Assembly: GCA_036507075.1 (NCBI GenBank)
Contig: DASXQR010000079.1
Span: 1 to 16,568 of the forward strand
Source of the DNA: Acidobacteriota bacterium
GTDB lineage: Bacteria; Acidobacteriota; UBA6911; JACQSX01
Reading direction: 5' to 3'
DNA length: 16,568 nt
Shown here: piece by piece, positions 1 to 7,686 of the stretch
How positions within the stretch are numbered: position 1 is the first letter of the stretch
Layout: each line of letters begins with the position of its first letter
The notes under the pieces: generated by a model
What the model saw: only the letters and a program-made list of their open reading frames with translations
What the model was told of the DNA's origin: nothing
Database searches by the model: none
Made by a program: the position numbers and the translations under genes

Positions 1-18
1 GCCGCAACCAAAAGTCAA

Positions 19-89
19 GGAGAGACGGCCTGAGGGCCGTCTCTCTGCGGTGTCCTGCCAAGCTGAGACGGCCCTCAGGCCGTCTCTCC
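19..89. repeat. REP-doublet (REPIN-like) element: two inverted copies of a 25-bp GGAG-led palindrome
   Basis: GGAGAGACGGCCTGAGGGCCGTCTC (19-43) is the exact reverse complement of 65-89. Each copy is itself a hairpin (GAGACGGCC-4 nt loop-GGCCGTCTC). The spacer is 21 nt. Confidence 0.8.
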
Positions 90-161
90 GCTCCCGAATA
101 ATTTGCGCAGGCCGCGAAAATTCTCATGGTTAGTAGTACAGAGGACATCGAATACGGATTT

Positions 162-252
162 CGGAATGCGGAATGCGGAATATATCCAAGCTAACTTTTT
201 TAGCTGAGACCAAAATCCTTGCCAATTCCGCATTCCCGCATTCCGCATTCCG
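162..252. repeat. Inverted tandem-repeat element, 7-mer GGAATGC/GCATTCC
   Basis: CGGAATGCGGAATGCGGAAT (162-181) and ATTCCGCATTCCCGCATTCCGCATTCCG (225-252) are inverted arms around a 43-nt spacer. Confidence 0.85.
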
Positions 253-254
253 TT

Positions 255-313
255 CACGACCACGACCACGTCCAACGTCCACCGGTGACGGCCACGTCTA
301 CGATAACGTCTAC
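255..313 (+). repeat. Degenerate 6-mer tandem array (CACGAC/CACGTC-type)
   Basis: CACGACCACGACCACGTCCAACGTCCAC...GACGGCCACGTCTACGATAACGTCTAC. A related array lies at 9905-9970. Confidence 0.7.
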
Positions 314-319
314 CCTACG

Positions 320-349
320 TTGACACTCCGGCGCTCTCTCTGGTAAGTT
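320..349 (+). promoter_or_regulatory. Sigma70-type promoter for tRNA-Val / thrS
   Basis: TTGACA (320-325), 18-nt spacer, extended -10 TGG-TAAGTT (341-349), about 30 nt upstream of the tRNA. Confidence 0.7.
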
Positions 350-379
350 CAATGTTTTCTGTACAGTGCGAGTTCGTTT

Positions 380-454
380 AGGTGCGTAGCTCAGGGGGAG
401 AGCACTTCCTTGACACGGAAGGGGTCAGCGGTTCAAATCCGCTCGCACCTACCA
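380..454 (+). tRNA. tRNA-Val(GAC)
   Basis: Acceptor stem AGGTGCG/CGCACCT, D arm TAGCTCAG..GAGAGC, anticodon stem CTTCC/GGAAG with loop TTGACAC (GAC at 412-414), T loop GGTTCAAATCC, encoded CCA end. Confidence 0.97.
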
Positions 455-461
455 AGGAAGC

Positions 462-519
462 AAAAATCACCACCCGAACAGGCAGAGGCGCTTTTTGCCG
501 TTCTGGTGGTGATTTTTTT
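462..519 (+). terminator. Long hairpin with T-tract after the tRNA (putative intrinsic terminator or processing stem)
   Basis: AAAAATCACCACC (462-474) pairs with GGTGGTGATTTTT (505-517). The inner stem is GAAC..GGCA/TGCC.GTTC and the hairpin ends in a T7 run. Confidence 0.6.
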
Positions 520-627
520 CGCTCCTGAATTACTGCGAAGGCCGGAGGCCGCCGCGAAAGGTTTTTGCGCTGCTCCTTCAGCAGAATTCTTGATCCGATG
601 ACCAGTGATTGATGACCGATAACCAGA

Positions 628-2439
628 ATGCCTGATCGTATCGTAGAAATTATTCATCGGGACAATACCAGGGAGCAGATTTCGAATCCCGAGCGCCAGC
701 TTGAGGTACTGCGGCACAGTACTGCCCACCTGATGGCCCTGGCCGTAACAGATCTGTTTCCGGAAGTGCATCTCGGGATCGGTCCCCCAACCAGCGAAGG
801 CTTTTTCTACGACTTCGAGAGAGCGAAGGCGTTCACGCCCGAGGACTTGGAGCGCATCGAATCGCGTATGTCCGACTTTGCGCGGCAGGATCTGCCTTTC
901 CGTCCCTTTATTATCACCGTTGACGAGGCTGTGAAGATGTTCGCGGCGATGGACGAACGTCTCAAGGTCGAGTTGATACGCGACCGGGCCGATCAGATGC
1001 TGTCCGTCTACGAACTGGGTAAATTCACCGATTTCTGCATCGGCCCCCATCTTCTCAGCACCGCCCAGATCGGCGCCTTCAAGCTTCTTAGCGTTGCGGG
1101 AGCCTATTGGAAGGGCGATGAAAAGCGCGAACAGATGCAACGCATTTACGGCACAGCCTTCTTCAACCAGGAAGAGTTGAAGGAACATGTCCGGCGGTTG
1201 GAGGAAGCGCGAAAAAGGGATCACCGCCGCGTCGGACGTGAGCTCGATCTTTTCAGCATTCAGGAAAGCGCTGCGCCCGGACTGATCTTCTGGCATCCCA
1301 AGGGAGCCAGGATTCGTTCCGTAATCGAGGAGTTTCTGCGTGACGAACACGAGCGCCGGGGCTATCAATACGTCTACACACCGCACATCGCAAGAAACGA
1401 CCTTTGGAAGACCTCCGGACACTATGACTACTATCGGGAAAACATGTACACGCTCCAGGTTGAGGAAGAGGAGTATGTGCTGAAGCCGATGAACTGTCCG
1501 GGGCACATTCTGATCTACAAATCCGACATGCGCAGTTACCGCGACCTGCCGCTTCGCTATGCCGAATTCGGGACGGTCTATCGATACGAACGGTCCGGCA
1601 CCCTTCATGGGATGTTGCGCGTACGAGGTTTCACCCAGGACGATGCCCACCTGTTTTGCACTCCCGAGCAGGTTTATGGCGAAATTGTGCAGGCCATGGA
1701 CCTGGCTGAGGTTGTGCTGAGGACCTTCGGCTTCGAGAAATATCGTGTGGACCTGTCGGTTCGCGACCCGAAAAAGCCGCAGGATTACGCCGGGACTCCC
1801 GAGGAGTGGGATTTCGCCGAGTCAAATCTTGCCAGAGCCCTGAATGAACGAGCCTGGCAATACCGCCGGATGGAGGGTGAAGCGGTGTTCTACGGGCCCA
1901 AAATCGACTTGAAGCTGGTAGATGCCATCGGAAGAGAATGGCAGGCGACCACCATTCAGTTCGATTTCACTCTACCCCGCAGGTTCAATATCACCTATAT
2001 CGGACCCGATTCGAAGGAGCATACGGTTTACATGATTCATCGAGCGCTGCTCGGTTCGATGGAGCGCTTCTTTGGAGTGCTGATCGAGCACTATGCCGGC
2101 GCTTTTCCCTTGTGGCTCGCCCCGATACAGGCCACAGTGATTCCGATCAGTGAAAAGCATCACGCTTATGCCTCAGAATTGAACACCCGGCTGACACAAT
2201 CCGGGATCCGCGCGGCGGTGGATGATCGCAACGAAAAGATGGGTTACAAGATCCGGGAGGCGCAGTTGCAGAGAATTCCCTTCATGCTGGTTGTGGGGGA
2301 CAGGGAGGCGCAGTCAGGAACTGTATCTGTGCGAAGCCGGTCCGATGGTGATCTGGGGTCTCGAAGCATTGAAGATTTGGTACACTCTATTCGGCAGCTT
2401 GATGCCAGACGCTCCCTGGACCTGGAGATCAGCAAGTAA
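628..2439 (+). CDS. thrS: Threonine--tRNA ligase (short form, no N-terminal TGS domain)
   Basis: Editing-domain motifs RHSTAH and DFCIGPH, RDHR, catalytic motifs KPMNCPGH, YRYERSG, RVRGFTQDDAH, FYGPKID, HRALLGSMERF, and a C-terminal anticodon-binding domain (KIREAQ). Confidence 0.98.
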   Translation: MPDRIVEIIHRDNTREQISNPERQLEVLRHSTAHLMALAVTDLFPEVHLGIGPPTSEGFFYDFERAKAFTPEDLERIESRMSDFARQDLPFRPFIITVDEAVKMFAAMDERLKVELIRDRADQMLSVYELGKFTDFCIGPHLLSTAQIGAFKLLSVAGAYWKGDEKREQMQRIYGTAFFNQEELKEHVRRLEEARKRDHRRVGRELDLFSIQESAAPGLIFWHPKGARIRSVIEEFLRDEHERRGYQYVYTPHIARNDLWKTSGHYDYYRENMYTLQVEEEEYVLKPMNCPGHILIYKSDMRSYRDLPLRYAEFGTVYRYERSGTLHGMLRVRGFTQDDAHLFCTPEQVYGEIVQAMDLAEVVLRTFGFEKYRVDLSVRDPKKPQDYAGTPEEWDFAESNLARALNERAWQYRRMEGEAVFYGPKIDLKLVDAIGREWQATTIQFDFTLPRRFNITYIGPDSKEHTVYMIHRALLGSMERFFGVLIEHYAGAFPLWLAPIQATVIPISEKHHAYASELNTRLTQSGIRAAVDDRNEKMGYKIREAQLQRIPFMLVVGDREAQSGTVSVRSRSDGDLGSRSIEDLVHSIRQLDARRSLDLEISK

Positions 2440-2513
2440 TCCCGGGGGCCCGTGCGTCCTTTTCCCCGCTTTAGGGCATGGGGACTCCGGGAATATTAGA
2501 TAAAGGAGGCTCT

Positions 2514-3071
2514 ATTAAGGATCGAACACGAGTGAATGAGGCCATCCGCGCCCGTGAGGTAAGGGTTGTGGACGAGGATGGAGGGCAGTTGGGGATTATG
2601 GACCCCCGAAAAGCCCAGCAGATTGCTGAGGAGAGGGGACTTGATCTGGTGGAGGTGGCGCCTACGGCAAATCCCCCGGTCTGCCGGATAATGAATTTCG
2701 GCAAGTACCAATACCAGCAAAGCAAGAAGGCTGCCGATTCGAAAAAGCATCAGAAGAGCATTCACGTCAAAGAGATCAAGTTCCGACCCAGGACAGACGA
2801 GCACGATTACCAGTTCAAGAAGAACAACATCATTCGTTTTCTGCAGGACGGAAATAAGGCGAAGGCTACCGTGGTCTTTCGGGGCCGCGAAAACGCGCAC
2901 ACGGAAATAGGCCGGCGAATGCTGGACAGGCTCGTTTCCGATCTGAATGATTACGCCGAAGTGGAACGCGAGCCAAAGCTTGAAGGAAATCAGTACATTG
3001 TAATTTTAGGCCCGAAGGCTGAAGTGAAGGGGCGCCTGCAGAAAGCGCGGGCACCGCAGCCACGGGTCTAA
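2514..3071 (+). CDS. infC: Translation initiation factor IF-3 (probable ATT start)
   Basis: RVNEAIRAREVRVV, LDLVEVAP..PPVCRIMNFGKY, VKEIKFRP, FRGRE. A strong SD (AAGGAGG, 2503-2509) precedes an in-frame ATT at 2514. Confidence 0.96.
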   Translation: MKDRTRVNEAIRAREVRVVDEDGGQLGIMDPRKAQQIAEERGLDLVEVAPTANPPVCRIMNFGKYQYQQSKKAADSKKHQKSIHVKEIKFRPRTDEHDYQFKKNNIIRFLQDGNKAKATVVFRGRENAHTEIGRRMLDRLVSDLNDYAEVEREPKLEGNQYIVILGPKAEVKGRLQKARAPQPRV

Positions 3072-3084
3072 AAAGACAAAAACT

Positions 3085-3241
3085 TGAACCGCCAAGAACG
3101 CCAAGAACGCTAAGCTTATGAAGGGGCTCTCCCGTTGGAGTGTGCAGATGCTTCTCTTCAGGTAAAGTGAATTAGCAATAGGGACCGATGGCGCCAGGCT
3201 GAAGAAAAACTCTTAGCGTTCTTGGCGTTCTTTGCGGTTCA
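3085..3241. repeat. Inverted-repeat element with 9-mer (GCCAAGAAC) arms
   Basis: TGAACCGCCAAGAACGCCAAGAACGCTAAG (3085-3114) matches the reverse complement of 3212-3241 at 29/30. The unique spacer is 97 nt. Confidence 0.9.
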
Positions 3242-3266
3242 GTTTTTTTGAGATCAGGAGAACAAG

Positions 3267-3461
3267 GTGCCCAAATTAAAGACCAAAAAAGCCGCCGCCA
3301 AGCGCTTCAAGGTGACTGGCAGCGGACGGATCAAACGGCGCAGCAATTTTGCGCGTCACATTTTGACGAAGAAATCGGCTAAGAGGAAGCGCCAGCTTGG
3401 GTCAAGCAAGCTTGTGAGCAAGGCGGACGAAAATCGAGTACGTGAGATGCTTGGTCTCTAA
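3267..3461 (+). CDS. rpmI: 50S ribosomal protein L35
   Basis: [32 protein letters not shown] start after SD AGGAG; lies between infC and rplT. Confidence 0.97.
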   Translation: MPKLKTKKAAAKRFKVTGSGRIKRRSNFARHILTKKSAKRKRQLGSSKLVSKADENRVREMLGL

Positions 3462-3482
3462 CTACTCAGGAGCAAGGGAAAA

Positions 3483-3842
3483 ATGCCTCGCGTTAAACGT
3501 GGAACGAAAAGACTGTTAAAGAGAAAGAAAATCCTGTCCCGGGCCAAGGGCTACTGGGGTACGAAGAGCAAGCTTCATCGCTCTGCAAAAGAGGCTGTGG
3601 ACCGGGCGCTGAACTATGCCTATCGGGATCGCAGGGCGAAAAAACGCAACTTCCGGTCTCTTTGGATTGTGCGCATCAGCGCTGCCGCCAAATCGAACAA
3701 TCTGTCCTACAGCAAATTCATGTTTGGATTGAAAAAGGCCGGTGTCGGGCTGGATCGCAAAATGCTGGCCGACATTGCGGCGACCGATCCAACCGCTTTT
3801 AAAAGCCTGGCAGAAACCGCCTCCAAGGCTCTGAACGCCTGA
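3483..3842 (+). CDS. rplT: 50S ribosomal protein L20
   Basis: [43 protein letters not shown]. Confidence 0.98.
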   Translation: MPRVKRGTKRLLKRKKILSRAKGYWGTKSKLHRSAKEAVDRALNYAYRDRRAKKRNFRSLWIVRISAAAKSNNLSYSKFMFGLKKAGVGLDRKMLADIAATDPTAFKSLAETASKALNA

Positions 3843-3942
3843 TTTGCGATCGTATCCGGCGCCATAATCGCAAGCATCAGATTTCCAAAAAAGAAAGCGG
3901 AACCGCGACCAGGCGCTGCTTGCATTCATGTAAATTGGGTAG

Positions 3943-3988
3943 CTTGGTGCCTTGGTGGTTAAAAGGTATGAACCACCAAGACACCAAG
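3943..3988. repeat. Short inverted repeat with 8-mer (CTTGGTGN/NCACCAAG) arms
   Basis: CTTGGTGCCTTGGTGGTT (3943-3960) and AACCACCAAGACACCAAG (3971-3988) are complementary at 17/18, with a 10-nt loop. Confidence 0.85.
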
Positions 3989-4003
3989 TCGGACTTTCCA
4001 CTG

Positions 4004-5026
4004 ATGATTGAAGCCGACCAAATCCTTGACGAGTTCCGGAAAGAATTTGCCTCGGTCCGTAATTTGGACCAGTGGAACCAGGTACGCGACCGTTACCTTA
4101 GCCGCGAACGGGGCTTGCTTTCCAACCTCCTGAAGTCTATCGGCAAACTTCCGCCAACCGAACGCCCGGCCGCCGGTAAGCGTCTGAACGAGATCAAGCA
4201 TCAGATTGAGACAGAGCTCGATGGGCACCTCCTGCTCATCAAGAACGAAGAAACAAAAGAAAGAATGGAGCGCGAGCGCATCGATATCACGCTTCCGGGA
4301 TATCGATATCCCCTGGGCCTGCGACACCCATTGCGCTCGGTGCAGGAAGAGCTGGAGACCATCTTCGTCAAGATGGGCTTTACGGCCATGATCGGGCCCG
4401 AAATCGAGCATGATTACTACAACTTTGAAGCGCTGAATATTCCGCCCGAGCACCCGGCGCGCGCTGATCAGGATAGTTTTTACATCAGCGAACAGATGTT
4501 GCTTCGAACGCATACTTCTCCGGTGCAGATCCGGACCATGGAAAAGCTGCAGCCGCCCATCCGCATCATCTGTCCGGGGCGCGTGTTTCGCCGTGATGCG
4601 CCCGATGCCACGCACTCTCCCATGTTTCACCAGATCGAAGGTTTGGTGGTGGATGAGGGCATTACCATGGCGGATCTAAAGGGCACGCTGGAGTTTTTTT
4701 TGCGTGAACTGTTTGGTTCGGAGACCCGTGTTCGGTTCCGTCCCGGATACTTTCAGTTTGTCGAACCGGGAGCAGAAGTGGATATCAGTTGCTCGTTTTG
4801 CGGCGGCCGGGGGTGCCGGGTGTGCAAACAAAGCGGCTGGATTGAAATTCTCGGGGCGGGCATGGTCCATCCCAACGTCTTCAAGTTTGTGAATTACGAT
4901 TCGGAGCGCTTCACCGGCTTCGCCTGGGGAGTGGGGATCGAACGGGTCACGCAATTGAAATACGACATTGACGACATCCGCCTGTTCTTCGAGAACGACC
5001 TCAGATTCTTGCAGCAATTTGGTTAG
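4004..5026 (+). CDS. pheS: Phenylalanine--tRNA ligase alpha subunit
   Basis: IDITLPG, HP, NFEALNIPPEHPAR, LLRTHTSPVQIR, PGRVFRRD, THSPMFHQIEG, FVEPGAEVD, GWIEILGAGMVHP, GFAWGVGIER. The ATG 4004 start is preferred because upstream codons run through a repeat; the exact start is uncertain. Confidence 0.97.
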   Translation: MIEADQILDEFRKEFASVRNLDQWNQVRDRYLSRERGLLSNLLKSIGKLPPTERPAAGKRLNEIKHQIETELDGHLLLIKNEETKERMERERIDITLPGYRYPLGLRHPLRSVQEELETIFVKMGFTAMIGPEIEHDYYNFEALNIPPEHPARADQDSFYISEQMLLRTHTSPVQIRTMEKLQPPIRIICPGRVFRRDAPDATHSPMFHQIEGLVVDEGITMADLKGTLEFFLRELFGSETRVRFRPGYFQFVEPGAEVDISCSFCGGRGCRVCKQSGWIEILGAGMVHPNVFKFVNYDSERFTGFAWGVGIERVTQLKYDIDDIRLFFENDLRFLQQFG

Positions 5027-5195
5027 TGGTCCGTTGTCAGTAGTCCGTTGTCCGCCGTTCGTCGGTAGTATGAAGTCGAAAGTCGTGACGACCGCAACCT
5101 TCGACTTTCCGAGCTTCGACCTTCGACTTTCCGACCTTCGACGGACCACGGACTACTGACAACGGACAACGGACTACTGACAACCGACTACTGAC
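5022..5195. repeat. Nested inverted tandem-repeat element between pheS and pheT (outer 7-mers AACGGAC/TACTGAC, inner 7-mers GTCGAAA/TTCGACC)
   Basis: 5022-5054 is complementary to 5163-5195 at 30/33. The inner GAAGTCGAAAGTCG (5072-5085) faces an array of TTCGACY units (5098-5142). Confidence 0.9.
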
Positions 5196-7226
5196 ATGAA
5201 AATAAGCTACCTCTGGCTTCGCGACTACATCGAACTGGATGCCTCACCCGAGGAGCTGCGCGATGCCTTGTCGTCTGTGGGTCTGGTTGTGGAGTCCTTG
5301 AGTTCCATCGAGGATGATGTCGTTTTGAATATCGAGATTCCTTCGAATCGCCCCGATTGTCTCAACCACGGGGGGATCGCAAGAGAGCTTTCCGCCATCT
5401 ACGATCGTGATCTGAAGCCGCCGTCCCCGGCGCAGCAAACGGGCAGCGAGAAATTCTCCATCAGAATCGAAGACCCGGATCTTTGCCGCCGGTACTCCGG
5501 ACAGGTAATCCGCGGCGTGAAAATCAAGAGCTCGCCGCCCTGGATGCAGAAACGCCTCGCTGCGGTGGGACAGCGACCGATCAATAACATCGTCGACGTA
5601 ACAAATTATGTGCTTCTGGAGTTGGGGCACCCGCTGCACGCTTTCGATTTGGACCGTCTCAAGGGTCCGGAAATCATCGTGCGGCGAGGGCGTGCGGGCG
5701 AGGTGCTCCGGACTCTGGACGGGGTGGAGAGGAAACTAGACCATCAGAAGCTTGTAATCGCGGACCGCGAAAACGCGGTGGCACTGGCCGGGATCATGGG
5801 CGGCGAATCGAGCGAGATTTCCGCCGCCAGCACTAATTTGCTGATCGAAAGCGCCTATTTTGACCCGGTTTGTATCGGTCGTGCCGCGCGTGATTATCAG
5901 ATGCGAACAGAAGCCTCCCATCGGTTTGAGCGTGGGGCCGATCTGGCAGCGACCGTTTTGGCCCTGCAGCGCTGCGTCGAGTTGATACTGGAGTTGGCAG
6001 GCGGGAGCGCGGCTACCGGGGTGATTGATGTATTTCCGAAACCGGCGGGGCCGCTCTTTGTTTCTGTCCGGAAGGAGAGAATGAAGTTGTACGCGGCGAC
6101 CGAAGTGCCGGATAAGTTTGTTGTTTCCACGCTGCAGCGGCTTGGGTTCAAAGTTGAGGCATCAGGCCGGAAGGGTTGGAAGGCACAGGTTCCCAGTCAT
6201 CGAATCGACATCTCGCTGGAAGAAGATCTGATCGAAGAAGCGGTGCGGCATTATGGCTACGACAAGATCCCCTCATCGCTTCCCGCGTGGAGGGGAAAGG
6301 GGGACCTGCTTCCGGAAACCAGGCGCCGGCTCAGCCTGGCGCAGTTGTTTCGGTCGATTGGCTATAGCGAGGCGATGAACTGGACGTTCATGGATCCCCA
6401 GATCCATGCGGCTTTCGGCTATGAACAGTTGCCCGTGGCGCTGAAGAATCCTCTTTCCGAAGACGCTTCGCAATTGCGCACGCACTTGATTCCCAATCTG
6501 GCGCTGGCTGCGCGACACAATCAAAACCACGGGCAGGACTCGATACGTTTGTTTGAAATCGGCAAGACGTTCAGCCGCAGCAGCGCCGGGGAGACCGTGG
6601 AGCGGGAGCACGCAGCCTGGGTGGCAATGGGTCCTCAGGGCCGCAAATACTGGACCCAGATCGAAGACCCTCTGAATTATTTTTATATGAAGGGCGTGCT
6701 GGAGCAGATCAGCCATGCCCTGTCGGCTGAAGTGCCCGAACTGAAATCTGCATCTTTGCCGTTTCTGAACCCGGCGCAGTCCGCCGACATCATCGAGGGG
6801 GGCCGCGTTGTGGGATGCATCGGCTGCCTGCATCCGCAACTGCAGGAGTCACTCAAGATCCAGGACGATCTGTTCCTGGGCGAGGTTGATCTGGGCGCGC
6901 TGGAGGGAAGAACACAGCGGGCTCTTCTTTATGTGCCTATTGGGCGATTTCCTCGTGTGTTTCGCGACTTTTCATTTTTGGTCGACCAAACTGTCCCTTT
7001 TGCGGAATTACGCCAGTATATTTCAAGGCAGAAGATCGAAGATTTGAGGCAGGTGGAACTGATCGACCTGTATCGCGGCAGCCGGCTTCCTCCGGGAAAG
7101 ATCAGCCTGGCCATCAGGCTGTTCTTTGAGAACCCGGAAAGAACCCTTACCGATGAAGAAGTGGAGGCGGCGCGAGATCAGATCGTTGAAGGCCTGCGAA
7201 GGGAATTCGGCGTCATCCCCAGGTGA
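5196..7226 (+). CDS. pheT: Phenylalanine--tRNA ligase beta subunit (short form lacking the B2 OB-fold)
   Basis: MKISYLWLRDY, NRPDCL..GIAREL, RPINNIVDVTNYVLLELGHPLHAFD, LAGIMGG, SHRFERG, R.DI..EEDLIEE..RHYGYD, LFEIG, and a C-terminal FDX-ACB domain (RTLTDEEV). Confidence 0.97.
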   Translation: MKISYLWLRDYIELDASPEELRDALSSVGLVVESLSSIEDDVVLNIEIPSNRPDCLNHGGIARELSAIYDRDLKPPSPAQQTGSEKFSIRIEDPDLCRRYSGQVIRGVKIKSSPPWMQKRLAAVGQRPINNIVDVTNYVLLELGHPLHAFDLDRLKGPEIIVRRGRAGEVLRTLDGVERKLDHQKLVIADRENAVALAGIMGGESSEISAASTNLLIESAYFDPVCIGRAARDYQMRTEASHRFERGADLAATVLALQRCVELILELAGGSAATGVIDVFPKPAGPLFVSVRKERMKLYAATEVPDKFVVSTLQRLGFKVEASGRKGWKAQVPSHRIDISLEEDLIEEAVRHYGYDKIPSSLPAWRGKGDLLPETRRRLSLAQLFRSIGYSEAMNWTFMDPQIHAAFGYEQLPVALKNPLSEDASQLRTHLIPNLALAARHNQNHGQDSIRLFEIGKTFSRSSAGETVEREHAAWVAMGPQGRKYWTQIEDPLNYFYMKGVLEQISHALSAEVPELKSASLPFLNPAQSADIIEGGRVVGCIGCLHPQLQESLKIQDDLFLGEVDLGALEGRTQRALLYVPIGRFPRVFRDFSFLVDQTVPFAELRQYISRQKIEDLRQVELIDLYRGSRLPPGKISLAIRLFFENPERTLTDEEVEAARDQIVEGLRREFGVIPR

Positions 7227-7233
7227 CAAGATG

Positions 7234-7359
7234 ATTTGCCACGAAGGCCGGGGATTCATCTAGAAGTGGCACTCAGGCACAAGTGGTCGAAGGGGCAGCA
7301 GGAAATTCCACGTCTAGTTCAACATGGAACCTTCGCGTCTTCGTGTCTTCGTGGCAAAT
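7234..7359. repeat. Inverted-repeat element with an 8-mer (CTTCGYGT) arm
   Basis: ATTTGCCACGAAG (7234-7246) and CTTCGTGGCAAAT (7347-7359) form a perfect 13-bp inverted repeat. The right arm is CTTCGCGT-CTTCGTGT-CTTCGTGG. GTGGCAAATT is repeated at 7367-7376. Confidence 0.8.
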
Positions 7360-7398
7360 TCTGTTTGTGGCAAATTTCCTTCTGCGACGGAAATCCTG

Positions 7399-7404
7399 TA
7401 TAAT
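7399..7404 (+). promoter_or_regulatory. Possible -10 box for zapB-zapA
   Basis: Perfect TATAAT 18 nt upstream of the proposed GTG start; the -35 is weak (TTCCTT). Confidence 0.4.
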
Positions 7405-7422
7405 CACGCCGATCAGAACGAC

Positions 7423-7686
7423 GTGTCCGAGAAAGATTCGATCCGAGAGTCCTTTTTGGAGTTGAAGAGGCGACTGCAGCAGTCGATCGAACTTTTTCAG
7501 TCAGTAAAGAAAGAAAACGCGCAACTGCGGGAAAGGGTTGCCCGGCTGGAAGCTGAGTTGGATGATATGTCGGCATCCGGCATCAGGCGCGAAGTTGCGA
7601 AACTTTTAGACGAAAGGAAGCTGGTTCGGGACAAAGTGCAAAGGATTCTGGAAAACATTTCACATCCGGAGTCCGGAAAAGTGTAG
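7423..7686 (+). CDS. zapB: Coiled-coil cell division protein, ZapB-like
   Basis: An 87-aa heptad-rich protein (LKRRLQQSIELFQSVKKENAQLRERVARLEAEL..ERKLVRDKVQRIL) directly upstream of zapA. GTG 7423 was chosen because the ORF-track start at 7324 reads through a repeat. Confidence 0.7.
   Translation: MSEKDSIRESFLELKRRLQQSIELFQSVKKENAQLRERVARLEAELDDMSASGIRREVAKLLDERKLVRDKVQRILENISHPESGKV

Noticed and set aside
380..520. Integrative element at tRNA-Val
   Set aside because: There is no integrase and no duplicated tRNA 3' end in the window, and core genes follow directly.
75..601. ORFs 75-275 (-) and 410-601 (+)
   Set aside because: They run through repeats, the tRNA and its hairpin, with no recognisable protein features.
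3843..4003. pheM-type attenuator or T-box upstream of pheS
   Set aside because: I found no Phe-rich leader peptide, T-box consensus or terminator/antiterminator pair.
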